From positions 128,001-192,000 of the forward strand of contig JAFWDK010000010.1 in the NCBI GenBank assembly GCA_017513085.1: a stretch of DNA of 64,000 nt, written 5' to 3'. Shown in pieces: positions 47,685 through 58,733 of the stretch; positions within the stretch are counted from its first letter, which is position 1, and each line of letters starts with the position of its first letter. Below the pieces are notes generated by a model. That model was not told the origin of the DNA, did no database searches, and worked only from the letters and a program-made list of their open reading frames with translations. The position numbers and the translations under genes were made by a program. This DNA comes from Clostridiales bacterium. Lineage in GTDB: Bacteria; Bacillota; Clostridia; Saccharofermentanales; Saccharofermentanaceae.

Positions 47685-49205
47685 ATGAAAGTGAAAAAAG
47701 AAATACGACAACTTGTTTTACCTCTGGTGATCCTTGGCGTTCTGGTAGTTGCACTGGCCGTCTATCTTATCACAGATGCAGTCAAAAAGAAGAATCTGGA
47801 CGATGAACTTGCACCGGTCAGTGTATCTGTTGCGGATCAGAATACTATTTCCTCTTTGCGTATTGAGGCATCGGACAAAGAGTACATGGAGTTCTCTTTA
47901 GAGACAAACGGTTCTGTTTCCGGAGCGGACCATAATGAGATAAAGTTCGGGAAAGAGAAGATCCAGCAGAATTATGTGAAAGATCTTCTTTCTTCCATGA
48001 CTACATTGTCTCTGGTAAAAGAACTGAGTGCGCCTTCTTCTGATCTTTCGGTCTATGGTTTGGAGCCTTCCTGGCGTAAAGTCATTCTTACGAAGAGAGA
48101 CGGAAGTCAAAGTATCATTCGTTTCGGAAACGATACGGAAGATAAGTCCGGTATCTACGCAAAAGTGGAAGGTTCGGATCCGGTTTTGATCGTAAAGAAT
48201 ACTTACAAGAGTGAACTGGAACTGTCATTTGAAAACTATCTGAATTTGTATGCTGTCGCGCTTACCTCGGATAGTGTGGAGTCGATTTCTTTTATCCGGA
48301 ATTCTTCCAACATGAAGATCCGGATCAAGCCGATGGAAGAGAACGTGAATGACTTGATCGTGCAGACCACATATAAAGTTGTGGAGCCGGTCGAGAGAGA
48401 GACCACGGCTGAAATGAAGGATCTGATGAATAAGCTTCTGGCTTTGCAGGTCACCTCTTTCTTGGATATTCCCAAAGATAAGATGTCCGACTATGGATTG
48501 GATGCTCCGGAGTTTGAGTTCGATTTCCATTTGAAGACCGGCCAAGAGCAGAAACTCTTCCTTTCTAAGGATATCGGCGGTTTCTACTATGGTTATGTGT
48601 CGGAAAATCCATATTGCTTTAAGATCATGTCTTCTTCGCTCAAGGGTCTGAATCTCCCGATGGAAGAACTTATGGATTTCTATGTTGTAAAAGAATACCT
48701 GGATACGGTCCGTTCTGCCAAAGTAACGATGAAAGAAGGTTCTTTTGAAGTCGAGTACATGATCGATGAGGATTCCAAGTCCATCTTGAATGAGAATTCC
48801 GTTTTGCGCCTGAATCAGCGTGATGCTAAGGTATTTGCCAGGGATGGCCATTGCTATGCATTGCTTCTTTTCGAATCGATCTTCCGCATGAAGATCGATC
48901 ATATCGATACGAGTGCGCAGCCACAGCTCTCCGATCCGGAAGTAACGATCACGATACAGAGGGTGAATGGTTCGTTCTATACGATCAAACTGCAAAAACT
49001 CGATGCGGAAAACTACTACTGCTTCATCAATGACATTTATAGTGGATTTATTGTCAACAGAAGCGTATTATATAGGGATAATGGTCAGTTCCTGTCCGAG
49101 TACGGCATCTGGGATGCCTATCGGCTGTTGAATGAGGCGATCGATAATAAGGATGTCGATGGCTATTATGACCGAACAGATAAGGATAGTGCAAATGCAT
49201 CATAA
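47685..49205 (+). CDS. DUF4340-domain protein
   Basis: N-terminal TM; repeated LS.YGLE/DxP motif; position after gldG. Confidence 0.72.
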   Translation: MKVKKEIRQLVLPLVILGVLVVALAVYLITDAVKKKNLDDELAPVSVSVADQNTISSLRIEASDKEYMEFSLETNGSVSGADHNEIKFGKEKIQQNYVKDLLSSMTTLSLVKELSAPSSDLSVYGLEPSWRKVILTKRDGSQSIIRFGNDTEDKSGIYAKVEGSDPVLIVKNTYKSELELSFENYLNLYAVALTSDSVESISFIRNSSNMKIRIKPMEENVNDLIVQTTYKVVEPVERETTAEMKDLMNKLLALQVTSFLDIPKDKMSDYGLDAPEFEFDFHLKTGQEQKLFLSKDIGGFYYGYVSENPYCFKIMSSSLKGLNLPMEELMDFYVVKEYLDTVRSAKVTMKEGSFEVEYMIDEDSKSILNENSVLRLNQRDAKVFARDGHCYALLLFESIFRMKIDHIDTSAQPQLSDPEVTITIQRVNGSFYTIKLQKLDAENYYCFINDIYSGFIVNRSVLYRDNGQFLSEYGIWDAYRLLNEAIDNKDVDGYYDRTDKDSANAS

Positions 49206-49218
49206 GGGGAAGGATAAT

Positions 49219-50382
49219 ATGCCTGCCAAGACTGAGCAGGAGAGAGCCGCGAAGGGCGGAATAGGTCATTCTACGGCATTATTGGTTTTACTTTGTGTTC
49301 TCCTGATCGCCGTAAGTGTTGTTCTCGTATTTATGCTGAAGAACCATAATGACGCGAAGAGGGGAGCCAGCGAACAACTTCGTCTATCTGCCATCGCCGG
49401 ATTCGATTGCGAATATACCGAGGCGCAACAACTGTATCCGTTCATGAATGGTCTTTTAAAGGTTACCAACAATCGTATCACGTATATGTCGATCTCGGGT
49501 AATGAGATCTACGGCGTGGATGTAGAGATGAGCAGTCCGATCTGCAAGATTGCCGGCGGATATGCCATGGTGGCTGATTCCGACGGGTTCTTCTGCGCTA
49601 TGTTTTCAGAAGAAGGATTAGTATTCAATAAGCATTTGACCGGTAAGATCGGTAATATTGCGCTGACACCTTCCGGTTTAAGCGCAGTCATTATTGATGA
49701 AGGAAAGTCTTTCGGTGATGTTTACATCATGGAGAAAGATGCGTCTTTCCTTGCGCAGTGGACCTCCAACGAGTCAGGTTATCCGCTTTCTCTGGCGTTT
49801 TCACCTGATGAATCTCTCCTGAGCGTATCTTTGGTAGATACGGACGGATCCCAGATGGTGCCGCATATCAAACAGTTCACGATCCCGAAGGATCGCACGA
49901 CTCAGCGGCCTTCTGAATATGCATTTTATTCTCCGCTGGTTTCGGATATTATGCCGTTGGTTGCATATGGAAGTAACAGTACTTTGGCCGTTGCCGGCAT
50001 TCAGGCAGTAGCGGTTGTCGGAAACGGGGAGTGCAAACTGATCGAACCTGCTATGGCTTGTGTGAATACTGTTTTTGCCTATGATGGAGGATTTGCAGTC
50101 GTGTATGCCGATGGACTTGACCAACCTGTACGGCTTGCAGTTTTTTCGGCTAATGGAATTAAGAAAACTGAAATCGAACTGGGAAACCAATTGCTGAATT
50201 ATGATGTTTCCGGTTCTGAAGCATTGTTGGCTGTAGATGAGAAGGTCATGCGGATCGATCTGGCAAATGGAAAAGTACAATCCACCACACCGGTTGATGA
50301 GACAGTCATACGAGTTGCTTTCTTCGGAAAAAAGAATATCTGTATCGTAACGGCGGTCGGTGTTCGTGAATTGACGGTATAA
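49219..50382 (+). CDS. Membrane-anchored beta-propeller protein (DUF5711-like)
   Basis: Single TM followed by repeated beta strands, including GYPLSLAFSPDE. Start reassigned to the ATG at 49219. Confidence 0.6.
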   Translation: MPAKTEQERAAKGGIGHSTALLVLLCVLLIAVSVVLVFMLKNHNDAKRGASEQLRLSAIAGFDCEYTEAQQLYPFMNGLLKVTNNRITYMSISGNEIYGVDVEMSSPICKIAGGYAMVADSDGFFCAMFSEEGLVFNKHLTGKIGNIALTPSGLSAVIIDEGKSFGDVYIMEKDASFLAQWTSNESGYPLSLAFSPDESLLSVSLVDTDGSQMVPHIKQFTIPKDRTTQRPSEYAFYSPLVSDIMPLVAYGSNSTLAVAGIQAVAVVGNGECKLIEPAMACVNTVFAYDGGFAVVYADGLDQPVRLAVFSANGIKKTEIELGNQLLNYDVSGSEALLAVDEKVMRIDLANGKVQSTTPVDETVIRVAFFGKKNICIVTAVGVRELTV

Positions 50383-50396
50383 GGAGGACTTCGACG

Positions 50397-51047
50397 ATGG
50401 AATCTGAATTGAAGATCAATTTTCCTTCGCCGGAAGAATTGCTGGCCGCGTCAGAGGCGGAATGGTTTACGGATGCAATCCTTCTAAAAGACGAGAAGAC
50501 AGAAGAGTATATCAACTCCTATTTTGATACAAAAGAACATGTGCTTCTGGACAAGCATGTTTCACTGCGTGTACGTCAGATCGTGGGAAAGAGTTTTGTT
50601 CATACAGTTAAACTCGGCGCAAAGAGTGTCAATGGTTTTTCCCAAAAGTTTGAGTGGAATCAGGAATTACCTGACGGGCGTTTTCAAATAGACCGTTTTC
50701 TGCAGATGGCATCAGGAAGTGAGGATCCGATCGAAATTCTGAAGCCGGTACTTTTGCCGATAGAAGATAAGGATCTGGTCGAGATCTGTCAGACACACTT
50801 TACCAGAAAGACCATCACCGCGGAATTTCAAGAGAGCCTTTTTGAGATATGTTTGGATAATGGGGCTTGTTTAGCCGGTGGAAAGAGCGATCCGATATGC
50901 GAGATGGAGATTGAACTGATATCCGGAAGATTCAGCGATGTCATGGATTTCGGTCATATTGTCGAGAAGCATTCCAACGGGCGATTCTCAGATATTTCAA
51001 AGTACGGACGTTGTCTGGCTCTTTTACAGGGAGAGAATAACGTATGA
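50397..51047 (+). CDS. CYTH-domain (triphosphate tunnel) protein
   Basis: MESELK, YFDT, SLRVR, TVK, THFTR, LDNG, EMEIEL, SKYGR. Confidence 0.85.
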   Translation: MESELKINFPSPEELLAASEAEWFTDAILLKDEKTEEYINSYFDTKEHVLLDKHVSLRVRQIVGKSFVHTVKLGAKSVNGFSQKFEWNQELPDGRFQIDRFLQMASGSEDPIEILKPVLLPIEDKDLVEICQTHFTRKTITAEFQESLFEICLDNGACLAGGKSDPICEMEIELISGRFSDVMDFGHIVEKHSNGRFSDISKYGRCLALLQGENNV

Positions 51048-52354
51048 GTGAACAGACAGTAATTTGGGATCTGATCATTATCGGCGGTGGCGCTTCCGGA
51101 ATGAGTGCTGCGGTTTCCTATCAGAAGATGCATCAGGATCGTCTCGGATCTTTCGGAAAGGTCCTGATCCTGGAGAAAAATGACCGTGTAGGGAAAAAGA
51201 TCCTGGCAAGCGGTAACGGAAGATGTAATCTTTCCAATCACGACATGGCCATGACGCATTACCATTCACATCAGGTCACTTGGGTGGAGAGTGTCTTCCG
51301 TCTTATTGATTCTGAGTCGGTGCTGACTTTCCTTTCCGATATCGGTATCCCGATTGCTTCCGAAGGAAACAAGATCTTCCCGATGAGTAAGAATTCTGCT
51401 TCGGTTGTGGATGCTTTCCGCTTTGCTTTGAAAGAATGTGAAGTGAGTCTGGAATCAGATTGTGAAGTCGACAGGATCGATAAAGAAAGCGACCTGTTTC
51501 ATATTTATTCTAAAGATGCAAATGAGTATTCTGCCCGCCACATCATTATATCCTGCGGTGGAGCATGCGCTCCGAATCTCGGAACGACCGGTGACGGCTA
51601 TAAGTGGCTCTCACAATTCGGGCATAAGGTCTATTCGCCGAAGCCATCCATTGTACAGCTTGTTACGGATAATTCCGTGACAAAAACACTTTCCGGCCTG
51701 AAGCTGGATTGCGACCTGTCTTTGAACAGTAACGATATGCTTCTCGCGCATCAGTATGGAGAAGTGCTTTTTACGGATTATGGTCTGTCCGGTCCTGCTG
51801 TATTACAGGTTTCCGGAGTGGTTTCCCGACACAACCGCAAGAATGGCCTGGCGATTCCGATGACGATTTCATTGAAACTCTTTAACGATGAGGATCTTCG
51901 GTCCATCCGTGCCGAGATCGGCCGTCGTATCAGCGTGTGGGGGGAGAGAACGCTGGATCAGCTTCTGATCGGCATCCTGCCCGGTAAGATCTCGTCTATG
52001 CTGTTAAAAACGGCGTTAGCGCGCCCTCTCAGTATTCTTATCGCGACGTTGTCCAATGAAGATATAGAAAAGATCGTGAGAACTCTGAAGGCGTGGAAAT
52101 TCGAAGTTTTGGGAACAAAATCTCTGGAGTTTGCCCAGACGACCATCGGCGGCGCTGAAGTAAATGAGTTTTCTCCGGAAACCCTTGAATCTAAGATCGT
52201 TCCCGGTCTTTATGCATGCGGAGAAGTCCTGGATGTGGATGGCGACTGTGGCGGATATAACCTGACATGGGCTTTTGCATCCGGAATCCTTGCCGGACGA
52301 TCGCTTGCGCTTCATGCCGAGGATGAACATATGGAGGGTGAGCATGCGGAGTGA
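51044..52354 (+). CDS. HI0933/BaiN-family flavoprotein
   Basis: IIGGGASG, GKKILASGNGRCN, GTTGDGY, LFTDYGLSGP, GEVLDVDGDCGGYNL. Confidence 0.88.
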   Translation: MSEQTVIWDLIIIGGGASGMSAAVSYQKMHQDRLGSFGKVLILEKNDRVGKKILASGNGRCNLSNHDMAMTHYHSHQVTWVESVFRLIDSESVLTFLSDIGIPIASEGNKIFPMSKNSASVVDAFRFALKECEVSLESDCEVDRIDKESDLFHIYSKDANEYSARHIIISCGGACAPNLGTTGDGYKWLSQFGHKVYSPKPSIVQLVTDNSVTKTLSGLKLDCDLSLNSNDMLLAHQYGEVLFTDYGLSGPAVLQVSGVVSRHNRKNGLAIPMTISLKLFNDEDLRSIRAEIGRRISVWGERTLDQLLIGILPGKISSMLLKTALARPLSILIATLSNEDIEKIVRTLKAWKFEVLGTKSLEFAQTTIGGAEVNEFSPETLESKIVPGLYACGEVLDVDGDCGGYNLTWAFASGILAGRSLALHAEDEHMEGEHAE

Positions 52355-53963
52355 TATATCCTTGTCGATACCACTTTCTGTTTACGAGAAGCTCCCTCAT
52401 AGTTCCAATGCTTACACAGACTATAGGGATGTGCACTCCTATTTTGAAAAGAAATCCAGGAAAAGACTTCCGAAGCATTGCTATTTTCTGAAAAAATCGA
52501 TCGATGCTCGCCACAATAACGATATCCGTGTTGTGGTGACTGCCCGTTTTCAGGATGAGGATCCTTCCTCGGAGATCCTTCAGCCGAAACTTCTTACTTC
52601 AAAATACAGTCTGAACGAAAAGAAAAGAGTCGTGGTGTGCGGGAGTGGACCTGCCGGGCTTTTTGCATGCGCCGCTTTGGTAGAGGCCGGTCTTGCGCCG
52701 ATCCTTTTGGAACGCGGAAGGGATGTGGACACCAGGACGAAGGATATTGAACGATTAAAAGCAGACGGGGTATTGGACCTGGTCTCGAATGTTCAGTTTG
52801 GAGAAGGTGGCGCCGGCACATTTTCTGACGGAAAACTGTTCAGCGGCGTTTCGGATGGAAGAAAAGACATCGTTCTCCGAACTTTTGTGAAATACGGCGC
52901 TCCTAAGAGTATACTCTATGAGGCGCATCCGCATATCGGAACCGATCATCTTCGTCAGGTCGTCAAAAATATACGCGAAGACCTGATCCATAACGGAGCC
53001 AAAGTGCTTTTTGAGAGGAGACTGGAAGATATTGAAGTGGCAGACGGGAAACTGGTTTCTGTTACGCATGTGTCTTCCGTGGACGGTAAAGATGCAGTCA
53101 GAATACCTTGTGCCGCTTTGATCCTGGCAATCGGTCACAGTGCCAGAGATACGTTTTATATGCTTTCCAAAAGAGGCGTGAAGCTTGAGAGCAAGCCCTT
53201 TTCCGTAGGCGTTCGTATCGAGCATAGGCAGGAAGATATCGATCGTGCAAGGTTTGGTCCTTTGTTTGCCAACGAGATCCTGCGACCGGCGAACTACAAG
53301 GTGGTTACTCCAACAGGAACCGGTAGAAAACTGTATTCATTCTGCATGTGCCCCGGTGGAGAAGTTGTCTGTGGCGCTTCGGAAGAAAATGCCGTGGTGA
53401 CTAATGGAATGAGCGAATATGCACGGAATCGTGAAAATGCCAATGCGGCAATGCTTGTCGGTGTCGATACGGATGATTTTTCAGAGGACGGCTGGGCAGC
53501 AGGAATAGAATTCCAAAGAAAACTCGAAGCAAGTGCTTTTTCTGTGGGTGGAGGCGGATATAAGGCTCCGGCACAGAGAGTCGGAGATTTTCATGACCAT
53601 AGGAAAACCACGTCATGGGGCAGAGTTACGCCTTCGTACCGTCCCGGTGTAACAATGGCGGATCTTTGGGAAATACTTCCGGAAGAGATCGCTAAGACAA
53701 TAGATGAAGGCCTTGTGCTCCTGGATAAAAAGATAAAAGGCTTCAATGACCCGGATGCAGTCATGACGGCTGTGGAGACAAGAAGTTCTTCGCCTGTTCG
53801 TATCCGACGCGATGAAAATGGAGAAAATTTATCGGTGACAGGTATTTTTCCGACAGGAGAAGGAGCAGGCTATGCCGGCGGGATCATGAGCTCGGCCATC
53901 GATGGGATCCGTCAGGCAGAATGTCTTCTTTTGAGATATTTTCAGAATGATATGGTAAAATAG
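52344..53963 (+). CDS. Uncharacterised FAD-dependent oxidoreductase
   Basis: GSGPAG, SNVQFGEGGAGTFSDGKL, PHIGTD, SFCMCPGG, GEGAGYAGGIMS. Confidence 0.85.
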   Translation: MRSDISLSIPLSVYEKLPHSSNAYTDYRDVHSYFEKKSRKRLPKHCYFLKKSIDARHNNDIRVVVTARFQDEDPSSEILQPKLLTSKYSLNEKKRVVVCGSGPAGLFACAALVEAGLAPILLERGRDVDTRTKDIERLKADGVLDLVSNVQFGEGGAGTFSDGKLFSGVSDGRKDIVLRTFVKYGAPKSILYEAHPHIGTDHLRQVVKNIREDLIHNGAKVLFERRLEDIEVADGKLVSVTHVSSVDGKDAVRIPCAALILAIGHSARDTFYMLSKRGVKLESKPFSVGVRIEHRQEDIDRARFGPLFANEILRPANYKVVTPTGTGRKLYSFCMCPGGEVVCGASEENAVVTNGMSEYARNRENANAAMLVGVDTDDFSEDGWAAGIEFQRKLEASAFSVGGGGYKAPAQRVGDFHDHRKTTSWGRVTPSYRPGVTMADLWEILPEEIAKTIDEGLVLLDKKIKGFNDPDAVMTAVETRSSSPVRIRRDENGENLSVTGIFPTGEGAGYAGGIMSSAIDGIRQAECLLLRYFQNDMVK

Positions 53964-53994
53964 ATGTGCACTTTTAGAAAGAAGGTCACATGCT

Positions 53995-54729
53995 ATGGAA
54001 GTTACGATCCTTGGTTGCAGCGGCGGATATCCGGGTCCGGGTCAGGCCGCTTCGGGATATTTGCTGACTATTAACGAAAAGAAGGTCCTGATCGATTGCG
54101 GAAGCGGTGTATTCTCGAATCTTCAACTCCATGTGCCGTTGAACGGCCTGGATGCGATACTGATCACACATCTGCACGCCGACCATTATAGTGATCTGAT
54201 GGTGATGCGTTATGCTATCGATATGAATACCAAGCACGGCATGGAGTTTAAGCGAGTGCCGGTATTCGCCCCGAAGACCCCGGAAAATGTGATCCATTCA
54301 TTGACGAATGATTGGGGATATCAGATCGGCTATATCGGCCACGAATCCGAACTTCCGCTCTTTGGCGCGAAGGCGAAGTTTTTCAAGACCAATCATCCTG
54401 TCGAGTGCTATGGCATCCGCGTGGAACATGAAGGAAAAGTCTTTGTATATACGGCTGATTGCTCTGTTAATACGCTTTTTGCCGGTTATCTGGATGATGC
54501 TGATCTTTGCATCATGGACTGTGGTGAATTAGAAGCGGCCAGACGCCCGAATATGCTTCACCTTACACCGAAAGAATGCTATTCCTGTGCCAAAGCACTT
54601 CGGATCAAGAAAACCATTCTTTCCCATCTTGTTCCATTCTATGACAGGGAAGATGTGGAACTGGAAGCCCGTGCCTGCGGAGAATGGGATTATGAGCTGG
54701 CACAGATCAACAAGACTTACCGGATCTGA
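53995..54729 (+). CDS. MBL-fold metallo-hydrolase (YhfI/RNase Z-like)
   Basis: LGCSGGYP, IDCGSG, THLHADH, HPVEC, YTAD, HLT, LSH. Confidence 0.85.
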   Translation: MEVTILGCSGGYPGPGQAASGYLLTINEKKVLIDCGSGVFSNLQLHVPLNGLDAILITHLHADHYSDLMVMRYAIDMNTKHGMEFKRVPVFAPKTPENVIHSLTNDWGYQIGYIGHESELPLFGAKAKFFKTNHPVECYGIRVEHEGKVFVYTADCSVNTLFAGYLDDADLCIMDCGELEAARRPNMLHLTPKECYSCAKALRIKKTILSHLVPFYDREDVELEARACGEWDYELAQINKTYRI

Positions 54730-54785
54730 GACTGTTTCAAGAGAAACGTTCAGATCAGAAGATCATATATAAAGGGGAGATTAAC

Positions 54786-55076
54786 ATGAGTACAGAAAAA
54801 GATAAGAATAAGGCTGTCGTTACGGTTGTCGGTTGTGATGCGGTCGGTATCATTGCAAAGATTTCCGCACTTCTTGCTGAAGAAGGCGTGAATATCAATG
54901 ATATTACCCAGACGATCCTGGATGATATTTTTACCATGATCATGCTGGTGGATCTGAAAACCTGTAAGTGTGAGATGAAAACTCTTTCAGACAAGTTGGA
55001 CAAAGTTGGCGAAGAGATCGGCGTTTCGATCCGCATCCAGCATACAGATCTTTTCTATGCGATGCATCGTATCTGA
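54786..55076 (+). CDS. ACT-domain protein (UPF0237)
   Basis: AVVTVVG.D..GII, NINDITQTI, MHRI; paired with DUF711. Confidence 0.85.
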   Translation: MSTEKDKNKAVVTVVGCDAVGIIAKISALLAEEGVNINDITQTILDDIFTMIMLVDLKTCKCEMKTLSDKLDKVGEEIGVSIRIQHTDLFYAMHRI

Positions 55077-55102
55077 TATTCAAAGGATTGTAGGTAAGTG
55101 TA

Positions 55103-56461
55103 ATGATTACGGATTTTGAAGTTTTAGAGACTGTACGTATGTTTCAGGAGCAGCATCTGGACGTACGTACGATTACAATGGGAATCAACCTGATGGACTG
55201 TTCGGCCGATACGCCGGAGAAGTCCTGTCAGAAGATCTATGATAAGATCACGCGTTATGCGAAGGATCTGGTTAAGGTTGGCGAGGAAATCACGGAGAAA
55301 TACCGTGTCCCAATCGTGAACAAGCGTATCTCAGTAACGCCGATATCTATTGTTGCGGCAGCTTCCGGCGCGAAAGATTACACCATGTTCGCCAAGACAC
55401 TTGACCGCGCGGCGAAAGAATGCGGAGTAAATTTCATCGGCGGCTTTTCGGCTATGGTTCAGAAAGGCTATACCGTCAGTGATAAGCGATTGATCGACTC
55501 TATCCCGGAAAGTCTTGCTGTTACGGACAATGTCTGCTCATCCATTAATCTTGCTTCGACCCGTTCCGGTATCAATATGGATGCCGTACGCGATATGGGT
55601 GAGATCATCAAGAAAACGGCGGAAGCTACAAAAGACAGAGATGCGCTTGGTTGCGCCAAACTGGTCGTATTCGCCAATGCTCCGGAAGATAACCCCTTTA
55701 TGGCAGGTGCTTTTTTAGGACCCGGTGAGCCGGAGTGTGTGATCAATGTCGGCATTTCCGGTCCGGGCGTTATTAAAGCGGCTCTTGAGACCGTAAAGGG
55801 AGAAGACCTTGGCGTTGTGGCCGAAACGATCAAAAAGGCTGCGTTTAAGATCACACGTGTTGGCGAACTGGTTGCCCGTGAAGCGTCCCAGCGGCTGAAT
55901 GTGCCTTTCGGAATTATTGACCTTTCTCTTGCACCGACCCCGGCTGTTGGCGATTCAGTCGGACGCATCCTCGAAGAGTTTGGCCTTGAACATTGCGGTG
56001 CATGGGGCACGACGGCGGCTCTTGCGATGCTGAACGATGCTGTGAAAAAAGGTGGAACAATGGCATCATCTTTCGTCGGCGGATTGTCCGGTGCTTTTAT
56101 ACCGGTATCTGAGGATGAGGGTATGATCGAAGTTGCAGAGAAGGGCTTCCTGCGTCTTGAAAAACTTGAGGCCATGACTTGTGTTTGCTCGGTAGGTCTT
56201 GACATGATCGCGATCCCCGGTGATACTCCGGCTTCCACGATCTCCGGTATCATTGCGGATGAAATGGCTTTGGGTACATTTAACAACAAGACTACTGCGG
56301 TACGTGTGATTCCGGTACCCGGAAAGAAAGTCGGCGATCAGGTCGAGTTTGGCGGACTTTTGGGTTATGCTCCGATCATGGAGGTCAATACGGCTTCTTC
56401 CGAAGCATTTATCTCACGAGGCGGACGTATCCCGGCTCCGATCCATAGTATGAGAAACTGA
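55103..56461 (+). CDS. PFL-like DUF711/UPF0210 protein
   Basis: [55 protein letters not shown]. Confidence 0.88.
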   Translation: MITDFEVLETVRMFQEQHLDVRTITMGINLMDCSADTPEKSCQKIYDKITRYAKDLVKVGEEITEKYRVPIVNKRISVTPISIVAAASGAKDYTMFAKTLDRAAKECGVNFIGGFSAMVQKGYTVSDKRLIDSIPESLAVTDNVCSSINLASTRSGINMDAVRDMGEIIKKTAEATKDRDALGCAKLVVFANAPEDNPFMAGAFLGPGEPECVINVGISGPGVIKAALETVKGEDLGVVAETIKKAAFKITRVGELVAREASQRLNVPFGIIDLSLAPTPAVGDSVGRILEEFGLEHCGAWGTTAALAMLNDAVKKGGTMASSFVGGLSGAFIPVSEDEGMIEVAEKGFLRLEKLEAMTCVCSVGLDMIAIPGDTPASTISGIIADEMALGTFNNKTTAVRVIPVPGKKVGDQVEFGGLLGYAPIMEVNTASSEAFISRGGRIPAPIHSMRN

Positions 56462-58729
56462 TTTTTTCTTCTTATAGATGACATATCCGATTGCTCCTGC
56501 TACGCTGAGCTGGCTGATGACAAAAGAGGCGATCCAGGAGAGCGGATAGTGAAAATGGATATCGACTTCACCGTTGGTGGCTGTCGGTAGAGATAGCATC
56601 ATGTGGTTATTGCGGCCACTTTCGGTCTTTAGGTCGAGAGTGGCCGAGTTATTTTTCAGATCAACTTCATAATGGTTGTAGTTAAACAGAGGAAGCGTGA
56701 CCGAACCCTCTTTATCTGACGTATAGAAGAAATGAATATGGTCACCATCCTTTTCAAATTCAGAAATGGAGACTCCGTCTGTAGCTTCATACTCATACGG
56801 TGTATCGAAAACATCTGTCCCGGTTAGTACATATTCGTGTTCACTACACCAAGCCGGTCGAAGATTCAGTACGGAATCGTAGTTCACTTTTTCCTGGGTG
56901 TTCGCGTAGTGTAGACAACTGTAACCGGTGCCTGCGATCGCAAAGAGCAAAGCTATGCTCACTCCGGCATATCTCTTAAACCGGCTTTTTTCAGACAACG
57001 TGGTGTCATTAAGGCATTCACCCAGTGCCAGCACGGAAAACAGACCGGCAAAGGCAAGGAAACGCCAAGGAAACTGTATGCTGCTGACAATGTTTTGCAT
57101 TCCGGGAAGACCGGTCAGGAAGTCCCAAGGGAAATACGAAGAGCATAACCATAGAGAAATCAGGGTGAAAAAGATATACTGGATCAGTCTGGCATATCTT
57201 CCGAAAAAAGCACTTCTTCTGTCCGTGCCGGATCTCCTGAAACAATATAGCAGATAGAAGAGAGTAAAGAATATAAGAACAATAGCTGGAAGCGCGCCGG
57301 GATGCGATTTCATCACGTCATAGATCTTTATTCCTCGTTCATTCATGGAAAAGGTATTTCTTGAAGCATCCATGACATTGACGCGCTCGTGCATGGCTTC
57401 ATCAAGGAAAGGCACAATAAACCCGAGATTTACGACCAACACAGCTCCGGCGGCAGAAAGAAGCGCCAGAAGCCTTTTACGGACGAGTGCTCTGCGGATG
57501 TTGAACAGAAAGACCATTACCAGCATGATAATTGCCATTTCCAAAGTCAGGATATGGGAATTCAAAACTCCGGTAAATCCAATAACAAACAAGATAACAG
57601 AACGAAAGCAGTCATCTTTAAACAGCGCATATACGGCATAGGCAAGGAAAGGAAGAAAGGCAATCGCACAGTATTCTCCAACCGCTCCTCGTTCGAACAT
57701 ATCTACAAAACGGTAAAACAGAAATGAATATGCGATCGCGCCTGTAAAACCGGTTTTTCTTCCGAATATGCCGCTGAAGCAATAGTAGGAAGAAGCGAGA
57801 GTCAGGAAATTGATCAAAACAACAAAGAGCCTGTAACTAAGCCCCATGCTCAAACCGGAGATGTTACCCAATGCCGGAAGATAAAGAAGCATGTCTCCGT
57901 AAAAAGCACTGACCATATATCCGTAGCCGTTATACCAGTTTGTCTGGAATTTTACCCAGGGAATCCCTCGCAAAAGGCCGTCCTTGATGCCATAGATACG
58001 CAAGACGTGAAACTCCAGATCGTTGGTCGTATATAAGTACGAAGACGGGAGAATAAGAGGCAAAGACATAAGAAGTCCTGCCCCGAACAACAGAAGATAA
58101 TGTTTTCGACGATCCGGATATTTAAAGATCAAGAAGAAAAGAATGTTCAAAATGACGCAGAACAGAAACCATAAAACACAAACGGCAGTGATCCGCATCG
58201 GCAAAGCTGCCATATCGTCGACGGAATAGACCGAGAGCTCTTCGATGGAAAAAGAACTGTCCCCCTTACTGATAAACCCGATGTAGAGGTCATCCACACG
58301 CGAAGTGAGGGTAAATCCGATGACTTCACTTGAGCCTTTTGGATTCGGTTTTACCCAACGATCCTGGAATACTCCTTGTTTATCTAAAGAATCGGACATG
58401 ACAACAATGTAGTTTTCTGTTACATTGCATGAATACTTGATCGAAAGAGCGTAACTTCCTTTTTCCAAAGAAAACGGAACAGTCTTTCTGGTCTCTTCTC
58501 CGTGAAGAGTCACGATTTTTTCTATCCCGCCGGATGGCGCTTCTTCTGTGGCTGTTTCGACAGGAATGACATCTTCTTTAAAGAAATTCCTTGTATATGA
58601 AGTTTTGTTTTTCCCGTTCAAAGAAACCATGACGAGAAGAACTACAAGAAGAATTACCTCGAGAACAAGCGCGATCTCCAGGTAATTCGCAAATCTTTTC
58701 GTTGGTTTATCACCGGGAAGGACATTCAT
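56414..58729 (-). CDS. Multi-pass membrane protein, GT-C/YfhO-like glycosyltransferase
   Basis: [13 protein letters not shown]...[23 protein letters not shown]; many TM helices. Confidence 0.7.
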   Translation of the reverse strand: MNVLPGDKPTKRFANYLEIALVLEVILLVVLLVMVSLNGKNKTSYTRNFFKEDVIPVETATEEAPSGGIEKIVTLHGEETRKTVPFSLEKGSYALSIKYSCNVTENYIVVMSDSLDKQGVFQDRWVKPNPKGSSEVIGFTLTSRVDDLYIGFISKGDSSFSIEELSVYSVDDMAALPMRITAVCVLWFLFCVILNILFFLIFKYPDRRKHYLLLFGAGLLMSLPLILPSSYLYTTNDLEFHVLRIYGIKDGLLRGIPWVKFQTNWYNGYGYMVSAFYGDMLLYLPALGNISGLSMGLSYRLFVVLINFLTLASSYYCFSGIFGRKTGFTGAIAYSFLFYRFVDMFERGAVGEYCAIAFLPFLAYAVYALFKDDCFRSVILFVIGFTGVLNSHILTLEMAIIMLVMVFLFNIRRALVRKRLLALLSAAGAVLVVNLGFIVPFLDEAMHERVNVMDASRNTFSMNERGIKIYDVMKSHPGALPAIVLIFFTLFYLLYCFRRSGTDRRSAFFGRYARLIQYIFFTLISLWLCSSYFPWDFLTGLPGMQNIVSSIQFPWRFLAFAGLFSVLALGECLNDTTLSEKSRFKRYAGVSIALLFAIAGTGYSCLHYANTQEKVNYDSVLNLRPAWCSEHEYVLTGTDVFDTPYEYEATDGVSISEFEKDGDHIHFFYTSDKEGSVTLPLFNYNHYEVDLKNNSATLDLKTESGRNNHMMLSLPTATNGEVDIHFHYPLSWIASFVISQLSVAGAIGYVIYKKKKSVSHTMDRSRDTSAS

Positions 58730-58733
58730 TACA

